From contig JAQFVV010000002.1 of NCBI GenBank assembly GCA_028023455.1, forward strand, positions 1,674,001-1,738,000: 64,000 nt of DNA, given 5' to 3'. The notes below the pieces were generated by a model, which did no database searches, had not been told where the DNA came from, and worked only from the letters and a program-made list of their open reading frames with translations. Both the position numbers and the translations under genes were made by a program. Position 1 is the first letter of the stretch; each line of letters starts with the position of its first letter. Origin of the DNA: Epiperipatus broadwayi (Eukaryota > Animalia > Onychophora). Shown one piece after another: positions 40,501 through 52,369 of this stretch.

Positions 40501-43430
40501 ATATAATCTATTTGTACTTAAGAAACACTGCTGACTCAGTGCATGCAGCAATCAACAAAATCAATTCCATTCTGTCATCTAACACTTCACCAACAATTTG
40601 CTTTGGTGACTTCAACATGAGTTACCACAACTTTTACACTGAGTATTTACACCTCTTCAACAGAGTCTTATTGTGTGGAGAAGTCTTTTTTCTTCCTGAT
40701 GCATTCTCCTTCTATACACTGCAAAAATATCTCTAATAGATCTTCTCTACTTCTCCCCTGACATACATTTTGATCTCAATTCACGATTGCAATATATGCC
40801 TTTCTCAGATCACCTGGCACTGTGAATATCATTACAAATTAACCCTAACACATTGCTTCAAACAAATTTTTCTCACACCATAAGACTACTAAACAAAGCT
40901 GTGGCACCTGAATGGATTTTTTCCAAAGCGTACATCTTATTTAATAAAATTAAAATCCTTTCTCTGCCATGTATCCAAGCATGGTTAGTGTTTGTTGGAA
41001 TAATGAGCTCTCTGATTGACTTCCACACATATAAAACCAAAGGATCTAACCAGCTCCTAAAAGATCTAGACAACATTACTAACAGGCTAAGTCAACTCTC
41101 TCACACAGATGCTACTGTCCAAGACATCATGGATCTTAAATTGCAATACTATCACAAACAAAAAGTCTTGGCACAATATGTGGTCACCAAAAGATCCAAA
41201 ATCTTCTTAAATAATTGACATAACTGGACATGCAGCTACATCAGATGGGCACTGGGAGCTGCCAAAAGACCAACACCTTCGATACTTTCCATAGATCAAC
41301 ATTGCTATAGTGGTCCAGAAATGCTTTCCAAAATTCATAACCATTTTTAATGTGTGCTACAAAGCTATAACTTTGAGATTGGGAGTGTTTTGAGGAGATT
41401 AGACCAAAACACTAATCACAATATCACCGATTCACAAATAGTACAAAAGCTACAGAACTACCCAGAGAGCACCCATCCGGGACTACCTGGTATTTCAAGA
41501 TTTGTGCTACTGCATCTGAGCCAATACACTGCACCCATAGTCGAACAAATGATGAGTGTACTCACTGGGGACTTCCAGAACATCCCTGACCTCTACCCAG
41601 TTGCACTGGTGCCATTCTTAAAAAAACAAATCAACCCCTCAAAGCTAATAAACATATGACCAATTTCCATAATTCCACTCCTCCTTAAAACAATAGAATC
41701 CATAGTTAAAGATCTCATACAAGAACAGATATATAGACACATCACCAAATATCAATTTGCCTGCAAAGGCACCTCCACCAGTAATGCATTCCAGCACTTC
41801 ATACTACTTTCTGAATGCATCAGACTACAAAGAAAATCAAACCTCTTAGGTATTCAACTCGACTTTTCCTTGGCATTTGATAATGTCGTTCCATCAATCT
41901 TACTACAAACTCTCCATGAATATCAAGTGCCAGATGTTTACATTCATATTATTGGCAATTTATTGTTCAACAGATTGATATTTACCGCTCTAGATGGAAA
42001 GCTTTCAGAGGGATTTAGACCCCATCTATCCATTTCACAGGGACCCCCTTTGGCTACCCTCTGCTTCATAATGTACCTTAACCCCTTTCTCATGGAAATA
42101 GAATGCTGTACACCAGGAAAATATGTGCCAGCACTGAAACATACAGTTCACCACATTTTATATGTTGATGATGTTTCCATATTCATTCCTCACAAATCCC
42201 AGCTTCAAACCATAATACAAATCCTAAACAAATATGCCAAAAAACTAAATCTTAAAGTCAATTACAATAAATCTTCCATCTGGAAAATCAAAACATGTAT
42301 AACAATTCCCTCAATATTCATGGCCCAGCACAATCATTTCTGGATGTTGCCATTGACAAGTCTAGATTAGCCATGTCAAAGGACATCTTAAACTCAATAC
42401 TAGACAAAACAAGAAAGGTAGTCAGTTTGCTATCAAGAATTTCAATATTACTACCCAACAAGGTTACCTTACCCAACATGCTAGTCTACCTGAGACTAAG
42501 ATACTACCTGCCATTCATAAAACCCACAAAACATTTGAATGATCAATGAACTCATTATGCTCTAGGCTGCTTTGGAATGGCAAAGTCATGGCAATAAGCA
42601 TGGCTAAAGGTCAAATGCCCAATGGGCTCAGCCTGCATTCAGTGTCCATCCTGTACCTCCAAAAAGCTCTGGGAGTGCTGCATGTGGCCAGCCTTGAACA
42701 AACAAATCTAAACCTCACGCCGACAGTGAGCCCACAAATACACCTCCATTCACCAGCAAATGGATGACAGATATGTGGACTTATGTCAGAAACTCAGCAA
42801 ACATAATGCAACATACAATAGAGGAAAAAAATATATTGGCAAACATACAAACTCAAATACACCAATCAAACCATTTACAGAATAATCTAGGGTTAAACAA
42901 TAAACGATTCATAGCAAAATGAAAAATTGGTTCTTAGAACCAAAATACATTGACTCTCTAAAGATTAACCCTCCTCCAATCAACCCTCAATACAACTATT
43001 GCGTAGTGCATTTATCACCTCCTTATTTCTGCCTTTTTCAATCGAACTTCTTTATTAATAAATCCTCACATTAGAAAGTTTTAGTCATTAAAGCATAAAG
43101 AGTGCTATTCTGAAAATCAGAATTGCCATTATTCTAACCTTTGCAATGGCTATCCAGTGCAAGTGTATATTTGAAAAGCTAATCTGGTGTCTGCAACATC
43201 TATATCAAATTACTCACCTCAGAAGAGATAGATTTGCTCAGACTTTTTCATAAATGGCTAGGGTCACCCTCCCAGAGGAGTGAAGGAGAGCAATGGCCCC
43301 CAGACTCAGACCACAGCAAGCTCTACAGAGTGAATGCCTTGCAACAGTGTAAAAAAATATAGCTATGTATAGATAAACATGTTCAATTGTATCTAATAAA
43401 TTTTAATTTATTTTAATAAAAAAAAAACTA
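37600..43430 (+). mobile_element. Near full-length Tx1/L1-clade non-LTR retrotransposon, inactivated
   Basis: ORF1 has a CCHC knuckle (QCFLCGEWTHLIQTCP). ORF2 has APE motifs LKIGHINVRGLNS, GDFN and SDH, and RT motifs GIQLDFSLAFDNV, ISQGPPLATLCFIMYLNPFL and HILYVDDVSI. It ends in aataaa/poly(A) at about 43415-43428. Many stops and frameshifts. The 5' end is approximate. Confidence 0.88.
40234..40380. repeat. 68 bp duplication (period 79) inside LINE ORF2
   Basis: ttaatcagactacagaatagatcat(t/c)tattccaacaatatgggctctttcaatacacacattccaaca occurs twice. Confidence 0.95.
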
Positions 43431-45513
43431 TTCAAACTTTTAAAAAAAAACATAGTAACATAATAAAGTTTAATAATTTATCTGAAACTGATTTTACCTT
43501 TTCTTGTGGATAACTTTTAAATATAAATCCATGTTTGAATATAAATATTATCATAAATCTTATCATGAATTAGTTTACATTCCTTAGGACCAAATTTTAA
43601 CATAATATACCAATTTTATTTTTCTCAAATCCTTTTGTTCATAAGCAAACTGACTGTAACTACAAATATAAAAAGTACATAAAAGAGATATAATAACAAT
43701 AATAATAAAAATATATTTCAAATAAGATTTCTTCACATTCCTTTTGTGAAGGAAAAAATACTTGAATTACAATTTATCGAATTATTCTAAGCCTCATAAT
43801 ATTCTTTCTTATAACTATCTTATTACTTTGTTCTCCATCTTCCTCCATAAATATATTAGAAATTATTTCTTCTTCCTGTGAATGTTAATTGAATTATGGC
43901 AAATAAATAAAATTATTAATAAAATTATCAAGGGAATGCAAGTTATTAAAAATATTTCTTCTTTTAACCTTTTAATATTTTAAAATGGATGAAAATACAA
44001 TACTAAAGATAACTGATTTAATACTATTATAGTAGATAATTATTTAATTTGAAGGCACAATTTAGTTATCCAGTGAATATTTTATTTTAATTTTTTTAAA
44101 ATTCACAATATTATTAATATGACAAACTATACACTTGGAATTAAGTTGAATAGTGAAGTAATATTAGCAAATATTATTATTTTATTTAATAAACCTGACA
44201 ATTCCGCTCAAGGCAAGCAAAGATTTATACAGTTATATCTGGATTTTATTAAGGTAATGTATTGCATTTAAGGCTAAAAATTTCAGGATAAGTGTTTCTT
44301 TTAATAACTTTAATATCAATAGTCTGTTTATTCATGACTAATAGAACTTAGGTTAAGATGAGCTATTATTGTTACTAATTTAAGTATAATAAAATAAGTG
44401 TGATTATCTCCCATGTATTTATAAATTCTATAACATCAGATATAATTAATGGCATATATACTTATCTCAGAATAGTGCTTCGTTTTATAGAAATATTTTC
44501 TGAATGTACTAAGGAATTTTTTTAGCAATAAAAGTCACATATATAACTCTTACTATAGTTCACTTTTAATTTTATCTTGTTGAATGAAAAGTTCCAAAAC
44601 ATTTTACTTATTACAATTTCAGATTTATTATAGCAATATTTATTACTTATCTTACGGTTGTTATGACTACAACACTTACAAAAAAATTGTTGAAAATTCA
44701 GATTTACACTTCTTATAGTTAGGTTTACTATTGGCAGTCATTTTCTTGATATAACTTTTTTCCTGATAGTGAACCAGTCTTCAAATTACTAGCTAATAAT
44801 AGTAATAGTATGCTCTTTCATAAACGTGGAATATTTAGAATTTAATACATGGTTTCTTACTTAGTAATAATAAATACTCTGTACTTTTGTCCAGGCAAAA
44901 TAATACATTTCAAATAATTTCTAAACTTTAAATAGTAGAATGATATCCATTTTCTCTTTTAATTAAAAAAAATATTGTTTCTCATAGAGTCTCTCCCCCT
45001 TAATAAATTTATGCAAGCCTATTTATAGACTTTTAGCCAAGGAGCTGACTGTATAACAATAAACTAATCAGATTATTATGAGTGATTATATTTTCCTAAA
45101 ATTAGTAAATCTCCAACTTTAAACACAAATAATAACTAATTAAACTGTTTAATAATATTTTAGACTACAGTAAAAATATTTTAATGATTAATTATAAAAT
45201 TTAACATAAAAATAATTTAATTTTAAGTTTAAAAAGTATTATTTAATTACAATAATAAAAAATATAAAGTACTTCCAGGTTTTATTTAATAAAATATACA
45301 TTATTATATATAATTAAAAGCTAATTTATCTCAATATAGTAGCCTAACACTAGCAGAGAACATATATATTGAACCTAATTATGCACTACCCTAGAAAGAT
45401 TTATGTACAAGTTTATTATTTTTATTAAATTAATAATCATTAGCAGATTAAAAAATAGTTTAAATATCAAGATTACAATTAATTAACATTTAAAATTTTT
45501 AGTTAATATAATG

Positions 45514-46011
45514 ATATAGAAATAAAACAAACTAACTCTTTCTTTTTAAAACTTGATTTTTTGTGACTATAATCATGAAAAAGAAATCCAACATTTCGCT
45601 ATTTTTTATAGTCTTTTTCAAGGCACACTAAAATAAAATATATATACAATAAATATCACATATTCCAAAAAAATAAATAAATAAATTAATTAATCAAAAA
45701 TTAAAAAATATATTCATAACCAAAATTTTCTTTTTTTACCTTATTTCACTCCCCTTTCCTATTACAATCACAACTTAAACACAACTAATTTCTTTTTTAA
45801 AATCTATATATATATCATTTAAAAACTTTTAATTAAAAACCTTTTATTTTCTTTTATCTTTTTCTATTAACATCCTATTTATATATTTTATTTTAGTGTG
45901 CCTTGAAAAAGACTATAAAAAATAGTTGAAACGTTGGATTTTTTTTTCATGATTATAGTCATAAAAAATCAAGTTTTAAAAAGAAGGAGTTAGTTTGTTT
46001 TATTTCTATAT
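45514..46011. repeat. Inverted repeat pair (arms 45514-45644 and 45880-46011), each arm carrying a hammerhead-like motif pointing outward
   Basis: About 130 bp arms are near-exact reverse complements around a 235 bp spacer. The right arm reads cc-TTGAAAA-A-GACTAT-aaaaa-ATAGTT-GAAA-CG-TT-gg (45901-45937). The left arm mirrors it at 45588-45628. Confidence 0.85.
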
Positions 46012-46215
46012 TAGATATATATGAACTATTTTAAAAAGAAGAACTGTGTGCTGGATATATTAAATTATTTAATATACTGATAAAATTAGGTTTTAGGAAT
46101 ATCCTGCCTAATTAAAAGATTATAATATATAAATATATGTGTATGTGCATTTAAAACAGTTTTTTACCCTGCAATAGACATATGTAAGTTTTTTTTACAT
46201 AAAACAGTACAGATA

Positions 46216-46457
46216 GCCTTTGACAGAATAGCTCAGTTGGTAGAGCATTTGCCTTAAATTCAATATTCAAGAATCTAAAGTGCGAGTTCAACTTCTAAGC
46301 GAATATTGTCACTGCAAATGTCACTGCGCATATAGGCCAACAACACCTGAAGAAGAGTGGAGAATAATACTTCTTGAAATGTTGTGTAATTACTAACCTG
46401 TGTTGTCTATTTGTGTGTTATTACTAACAAGTTTGTATTTGGAAAGTTTAAATAAAA
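46216..46457 (+). mobile_element. Family B copy with target-site duplication
   Basis: gcctttGACAGAATAGCTCAGTTGGTAGAGC...TATTGTC tRNA-like head, HHR at 46343-46387, AATAAA near the end. Flanked by direct repeats ataaaacagtacagata at 46199-46215 and 46452-46468. Confidence 0.85.
46343..46387 (+). ncRNA. Minimal type I hammerhead ribozyme motif (family B tail)
   Basis: ACAC-CTGAAGA-A-GAGTGGAG-aataata-CTTCTT-GAAA-TG-TT-GTGT. Stem I is ACAC/GTGT. Stem III is a CpG-decayed AACGTT palindrome. Confidence 0.7.
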
Positions 46458-47629
46458 CAGTACAGATAAAAAAGTCAACATAGGGAGGGGGGGGGTGTTT
46501 CAGTTTGACATAGAAAACAGAACTAAAACCTTTTCAAAAAATAACCCATTGCAGAACTTAAGTTGATTTTTGTTAGGTTGCTTTCATAATTTGTCTGACA
46601 ATATCCCATAAAAACTTAATGACTTACATATTTTGTTTTTATTATTAAAGATTTACAACTTTTCTGATTTGTATAATAAAGCTATTGGTTAATTTTGACA
46701 TTACACTTTTTACCACTGTCCCTTTTGAGGAATCTTTAAGTATTATTTTATTACAATAAAACAAACATTCTAAGCAAAATTTGTCTTAATATAGATGTTT
46801 ATTTATGGATTTTAGTTTTTTAAAAATGGCAAATCTGTCCATTTTCTTCTATAATTTTTAATTTGTTTATTTATTTATTTTTTACAAAAATTAAACATTA
46901 AATGTCTTCATTAAAAATAACTTTATATATATCAATTGCATTAGTGATATGGCGTGTAAAGTAACTCTTATGTCACCTAGGTTCTATTTTTAATGCTCTT
47001 TATCCTAATATAGAGTTTATTATAAAAAATTAAACAATTGGCATTTCTTGATGTTTTAATTATTAAGCATCGTAATGGCTTATTGTGATATTCTTTCTTT
47101 AGATCAACTATCACATAAAATGATATCTGAACTCTCCTTACCATCATTCTGCTCATATAATTTGGGTAGTAAAAAATCTTACATGAAAAAGTGAATGTCC
47201 TTTAATAAACAAAAATCAAATGTGAAGAAACACAACATGTTCTTCATTATAAAAATTTCCATTCAATCTTTTATCTGCCGTTTAGTAGTAATTTACTAAG
47301 CTAATTGGCAAAAAAACAATGATGAACAGTTTACAAATTTTTTGCCAAACTTTGAAGTCTAAATTCAAAATGAAAAATTTAATAAAAAAATTATAAAACA
47401 AACATTTTTCTATTATTTTAAAAATTACAAATAGCTAACTTTCATTTATAGTCATAATTCAATAATATATATATATATTTAGATGATAACAATCTACACT
47501 TAAGCTATCATCTACATTTATAAACCTATTAAAGTCTTGAGTAATTGGCTTTATTGACTTAGTAAATATATTTAGATATAAAACTTTTATACTGCATAAA
47601 TATAAATTGTTTATCTTTTTTTTTAATCG

Positions 47630-47920
47630 CTAGTCGCCGCAAATATCTATAAAATCAAACTTGATAAAAACAAATTGGATGTGTTGTTTTTAATTGATAT
47701 TATAGTCACGTGACCAAATTGTTTCTATTTAAATAAATGTCTCGTTAAACAAACTTTATATTAAATCAGCCAATAAACTTTTTTATAAGAAATCAGTCAT
47801 TAAAACGTTGGCATCGCGTCAGAATTCCTGCCAATCATCGTCTCCAGAATAATCTTTTAAGATCTTGGGGTTACTTTTTCAGCTCTTGGGTAAAGACAAC
47901 TGGTAGTATTCCAACGCAGT
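47630..47920. promoter_or_regulatory. CpG-retaining promoter-like island of an unidentified gene
   Basis: Dense CpGs (tcgctagtcgccgc, aacgttggcatcgcgtc, catcgtc, caacgc). Palindromic E-box GTCACGTGAC at 47705-47714. CCAAT boxes at about 47770 and 47831. Inr-like TCAGTC at 47793 and a possible donor G|GTAAAG at 47890. Confidence 0.55.
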
Positions 47921-48699
47921 GTACTTAGCTTTTTCTTAATATATATATATTAGAGCAATTAGATACTAAAATGTAAAATAATTCTGATTAAGTCTTTTTA
48001 ATTACTTATCTCTTAATCATTGCATTCAATTTGTCTAAGGCAGAATTGAAAACAATTGTAGCTAGTATCTTAAACACTAATTAATACTAATTATGATTTG
48101 AATTGATCTTAGATAATTTTACTGTAAATTTACAAGCTTAAAAGACTAAGATAAAATTATTTTATGCATATATAGTTTGCAAGGCTTGAAATTGTTATAA
48201 AGTACAAATAATTGAGATTAATTTTGATATGCTAGCAAAATTAAAAAGAATTTATGTGGAAGTTTATTGACTTGTTAATTTAAAGTAGATTTATGAGTAA
48301 TTTATTTATATATTTGCCAATTTAGGCTGCCTGACATATTGTGATTAATGTTTAAAGCAATAATTAGGAAGACTATGTTTAGTTCTGAATCTGAGAGATG
48401 TAATAAAATAAAAATAAATATTACATGCATGTATAATATTTTAAAAGAAGAAAAGGACATATGATTTAACAAAATAATATCAATTCCTACAAAAGGACTA
48501 AAATATTTTTGGTGAATGTAGTAAATCCAAAATTGTATAAGAGGGGAACATCTTCAGAAGATAATTAATTAATTAATTTTTATTTCCAGTATTTCCAAAA
48601 TATAGAATTTAATTATATGAGTGAATTAAGTAATGTGCATTTTTGTTTGGTGTACAGCTCTCTCATTATAAAACATGCTTCTGAAGTATCATAATTTAT

Positions 48700-51600
48700 T
48701 CAATTAAATAGTTTTGTCTTCTATGTATTATGAAATTAATTTTGTAAAATTTAGAACATGTAATTGTAGTTTGAATGTGTTGTATTTATCAAAATTGAAG
48801 CACTTGGTATAGAAGCAGAGTCTAAAGTTTAAATTTCTGGAGCCATGGTAATTTGAGAGATAATGTAAGACATGTTCTCAACATTGCTTTTCACCAACAT
48901 TCTGTCCAGAAGATTGTATTTGAAGGGGAGACATTGTTTGTATTGAACACAAATATCTAATAATTAACTGAGTTACTATCAGCTTCTCCTCACAAAGCAA
49001 ATTTTTCAGTGTTACATTATTTGCAATTATAGTAATTTTTGTATTAGTTAGGCTAAACCAGGATTGATAGGATTCACCAACATTGGTCTATATTTTTATG
49101 TCTATTGTCATTCATAGAGAAGCCAGAACTTCTGATTATATTATTATTAAATATGTACTTTTGAGTGTTATGATATTTCTATTTTTAAGAGTTCTTGGTA
49201 ATTAAATATAAACAGTCTATTACATCCTGATTTTTCTAGTGTTTTTGATAATAAAGTTAGGTAACATGTAAGTTTTTTTAGGAATGACATCTTTTTGCTC
49301 TAATTTGTTGAAGGTTTTTTCTTATTGAGCTTTAATATCAGTAACTGTTAGAATATTTATTTAGACAGGTTCATTTAAAGTGTTTTATGAACACTTTATT
49401 CAAACAAGACCATTAGAGATATTTCCATAGTATTACTTGTGTGTCACAGTTTGCTATTATGAAAGATGATTTTTAATATTTGGCCAAAATATATTGTTTA
49501 AAAGTTGTCATGAAATTAAAACATGCCTAAAAAATTTAATTATATTCTGTGTCTAAATGATATTTAAATGTGCAATGAAAACACAATAGTTTTGTGTATA
49601 GATAAGATTTCCATGGTAGAGTGTTGATCAGTGACTATGACTGGAATATTATTTTCAGTAATCTTTTGTTAAGTAGTAGTTTAAAATAGTCTTAGAAAAA
49701 AAATAGTCAAGAGTTTTTTAATCACACTAACAAAGTCTTTTAATTCCCCAAAAATTTTAAGTCTTTTTCTTGCTCTCTATCATATCATTGAGAGATAAAA
49801 GTATTTTCTTTCTACCCTCACATAGTCAAGAAAGACTTTTTTATAATTATTTGTCATTTCATAAAATTAAATCTGTTTTCAGGTCTTGATTATTAAAATA
49901 GGTAATGACATATCTTCAATTGGGATTTATACATTATTTTTTAATATTTTGTTATGTAGTCCAGTGTTGATTAACATTTTATATAGATTCTATATTGGTC
50001 ATTTATGTAATAATACATTTTGTTATATAGCTCCAGCAATTAAATTTATAGGTAAGAAACATTTTTTAATTAAATGAGTACAAGCCAGTTGATATAATAG
50101 TTTGAAATATGTTTATAGTAGTTTGATATTTTTTCAAATAATTTAATAAGTTTAAACTTAGGATTACCATTATTAATTTGCAATTGTTCTTTATGTGGTT
50201 GAAATTAATTTATGTCATTCCTTATATTTTAAATAATGTTTTTTAATCTACTAATTCAAATATTTTTTTATATTTTATTTTTGTAAGTTTTATTCCCATG
50301 TGCTCTCAGACTTACGATTAACAATTTCTGTATATATTTTTTTTGTAGCTTGAATACCTAGAGACATGTTAGATAACATATTCAAAAAGAATTTTAAGAT
50401 TGTTATTGTGAATATAAAAAAAATCGAATATATTTTCAAAAGTTTAAATTACATTTTCTCTTCTTTTTAGGTATGCATACAAAGTGTAAATTCTTGAAAA
50501 TATATCCCCCTTCTTTTATCTTTTATATTGTAGGATCTTAGCAACAACAACAAAAAGCTAATACGACGTATTCACTATTGAGTTTATCGCTTCTATGTAC
50601 AAAAATGTTGATTAAAAAAAAGTAGCATAAAATATTTATCTTGATATAAATTTGTACTCACTTTAATTATAAAATTCATATTTTTCTGAGAAATAAATAT
50701 TTGTGTCATTTTTATTAATTCATTAAACTCAAAGCAATTTGCATCTGATTTCGCTATTATGTTAAGAAGACATTTTGTGTTTACTATTATAATTCTCTTG
50801 TTCAAAAAAGTAAACATTAAAAACTCTTTCAATTACAACTGTTGATTTTATCAAGCCATCAGACTTTGAAAGATTTAGCATACACTCTTATTTTTTATTT
50901 ATGTTGAAAATCTTAGCCTATAAATTATCATCATTCAAATAACCTCTTGTTATCCTATTATATTTTTAGCTCATTGCTTGTTTTTCTAAATTTGACTTTT
51001 TAATTGTGGCAATGCTATTTTCATAATTGAAAACACATCAGAAATGTTGTTTATTCCCAGTAAATGCTTCTTTAAAAATAGTTATAAAAATAACAAATTC
51101 TAAACAAAACTATTCCCAAGATTGATTTCTCATTTTTCTCAATAAGACATATTTTTCATAGAAATTCAATAAATGCTTTTTAAATTTATTTATGGTTCTT
51201 TTTTTACAACACAGTGATAGCAATTGTTTTAAATCTAGGGGATGAAGTTACAATCATTCTAGCTATTAATATTATTTCTTCAAAATATTAATAGAGTTTT
51301 TGAAAATGTGATGGTTGCCATTGTCAAATATAGCTAATAATTCACTAAATAGTTTGCACAAAATGTTTTTGATTTATAATAAGCCAATAATTTTAAATAA
51401 TGACAAATACAATAAGATTTCAATTTGCCAAAATCAAAAGAGTCTTGGACTAGGATGATATCAGACTAACTACACTTTATAACACTGGACAATAATAGTT
51501 TCTATATTCAATATCTGCAAAACCATAAAATTATTTTAGTTTTTCTTATCTTACATTATAAATATGAAAAATTTCCATATATTTTAATTACAATTCTTTT

Positions 51601-52100
51601 TCCATTATTTAATATACAATTATGTGCAATATGAGAACAACCCTCAATTCTTAAAAGTTTTCTGTAAATTTTTTGACTTGTTTTCTCATTCTCCCAAATT
51701 TTATTTTTGAATTATCTACACAAAATAACACATTTTTATTTTTTACTAAACATTTAATTATTTTATTTACACATTTATTCAACGTATCTGTTGTGTTTTT
51801 GGTTAAATTACTAAATTACATATATTGTATTTTAGCTACAAAATACAGGATACATTTTAATTATAATAGGTATATTTTCATATTTACTCTGTTGAAAGCA
51901 TATACTGATGTATTAAAAAAACTGGTGCTATTTAATTTATTTTTACTTCATTCATTACAAAAGGACAATCATGATATTCTCCAGTGACATCACTTTTTTA
52001 ATTGTAAAGTTTATTGTGTGCAAATATTTGAGGAAAAAAGTATCTTCATTTACAATTTTGGGCTCTTCATTTTTAGAAAATGCATCAAGGTATTTTCTAA
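48700..52100 (-). mobile_element. Decayed L1-like LINE
   Basis: Extended A/C-rich minus strand with C..C..EADS-like, S-DGL-like and GL.EG-like remnants. Boundaries are approximate. Confidence 0.35.
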
Positions 52101-52263
52101 TATTCTTGCTTTTTATAATAAATATTTATTTTTCTTTTACACAAAAATAAAATAAAATAGTGTTTCTCTCTTTGTTCTTGAGTTCTAGATTCAGAAATTT
52201 AAATTCACTTCTGATTCTTTATTAAAAAGCTTTCTTATATATATAAATTTGATATCATGGATT

Positions 52264-52369
52264 TTTTTTTTAAGTGTCATAGCATCAGCCAGGATGCGAA
52301 CCCGCAAACTGGGCAACTGCCTACAAGTGCAAGGCAGTCACGCTGACCTCTCGACCACCAATGCAAGAC
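52264..52369 (-). mobile_element. SINE family A copy 4 (distinct subfamily)
   Basis: Body 52282-52364 reads GCATTGGTGGTCGAGAGGTCAGCGTGACTGCCTTGCActtgtagGCAGTTGcccagtttGCGGGTTCGCATCCTGGCTGATGC. A10 tail. TSD atcatggatt at 52254 and 52370. Confidence 0.87.
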
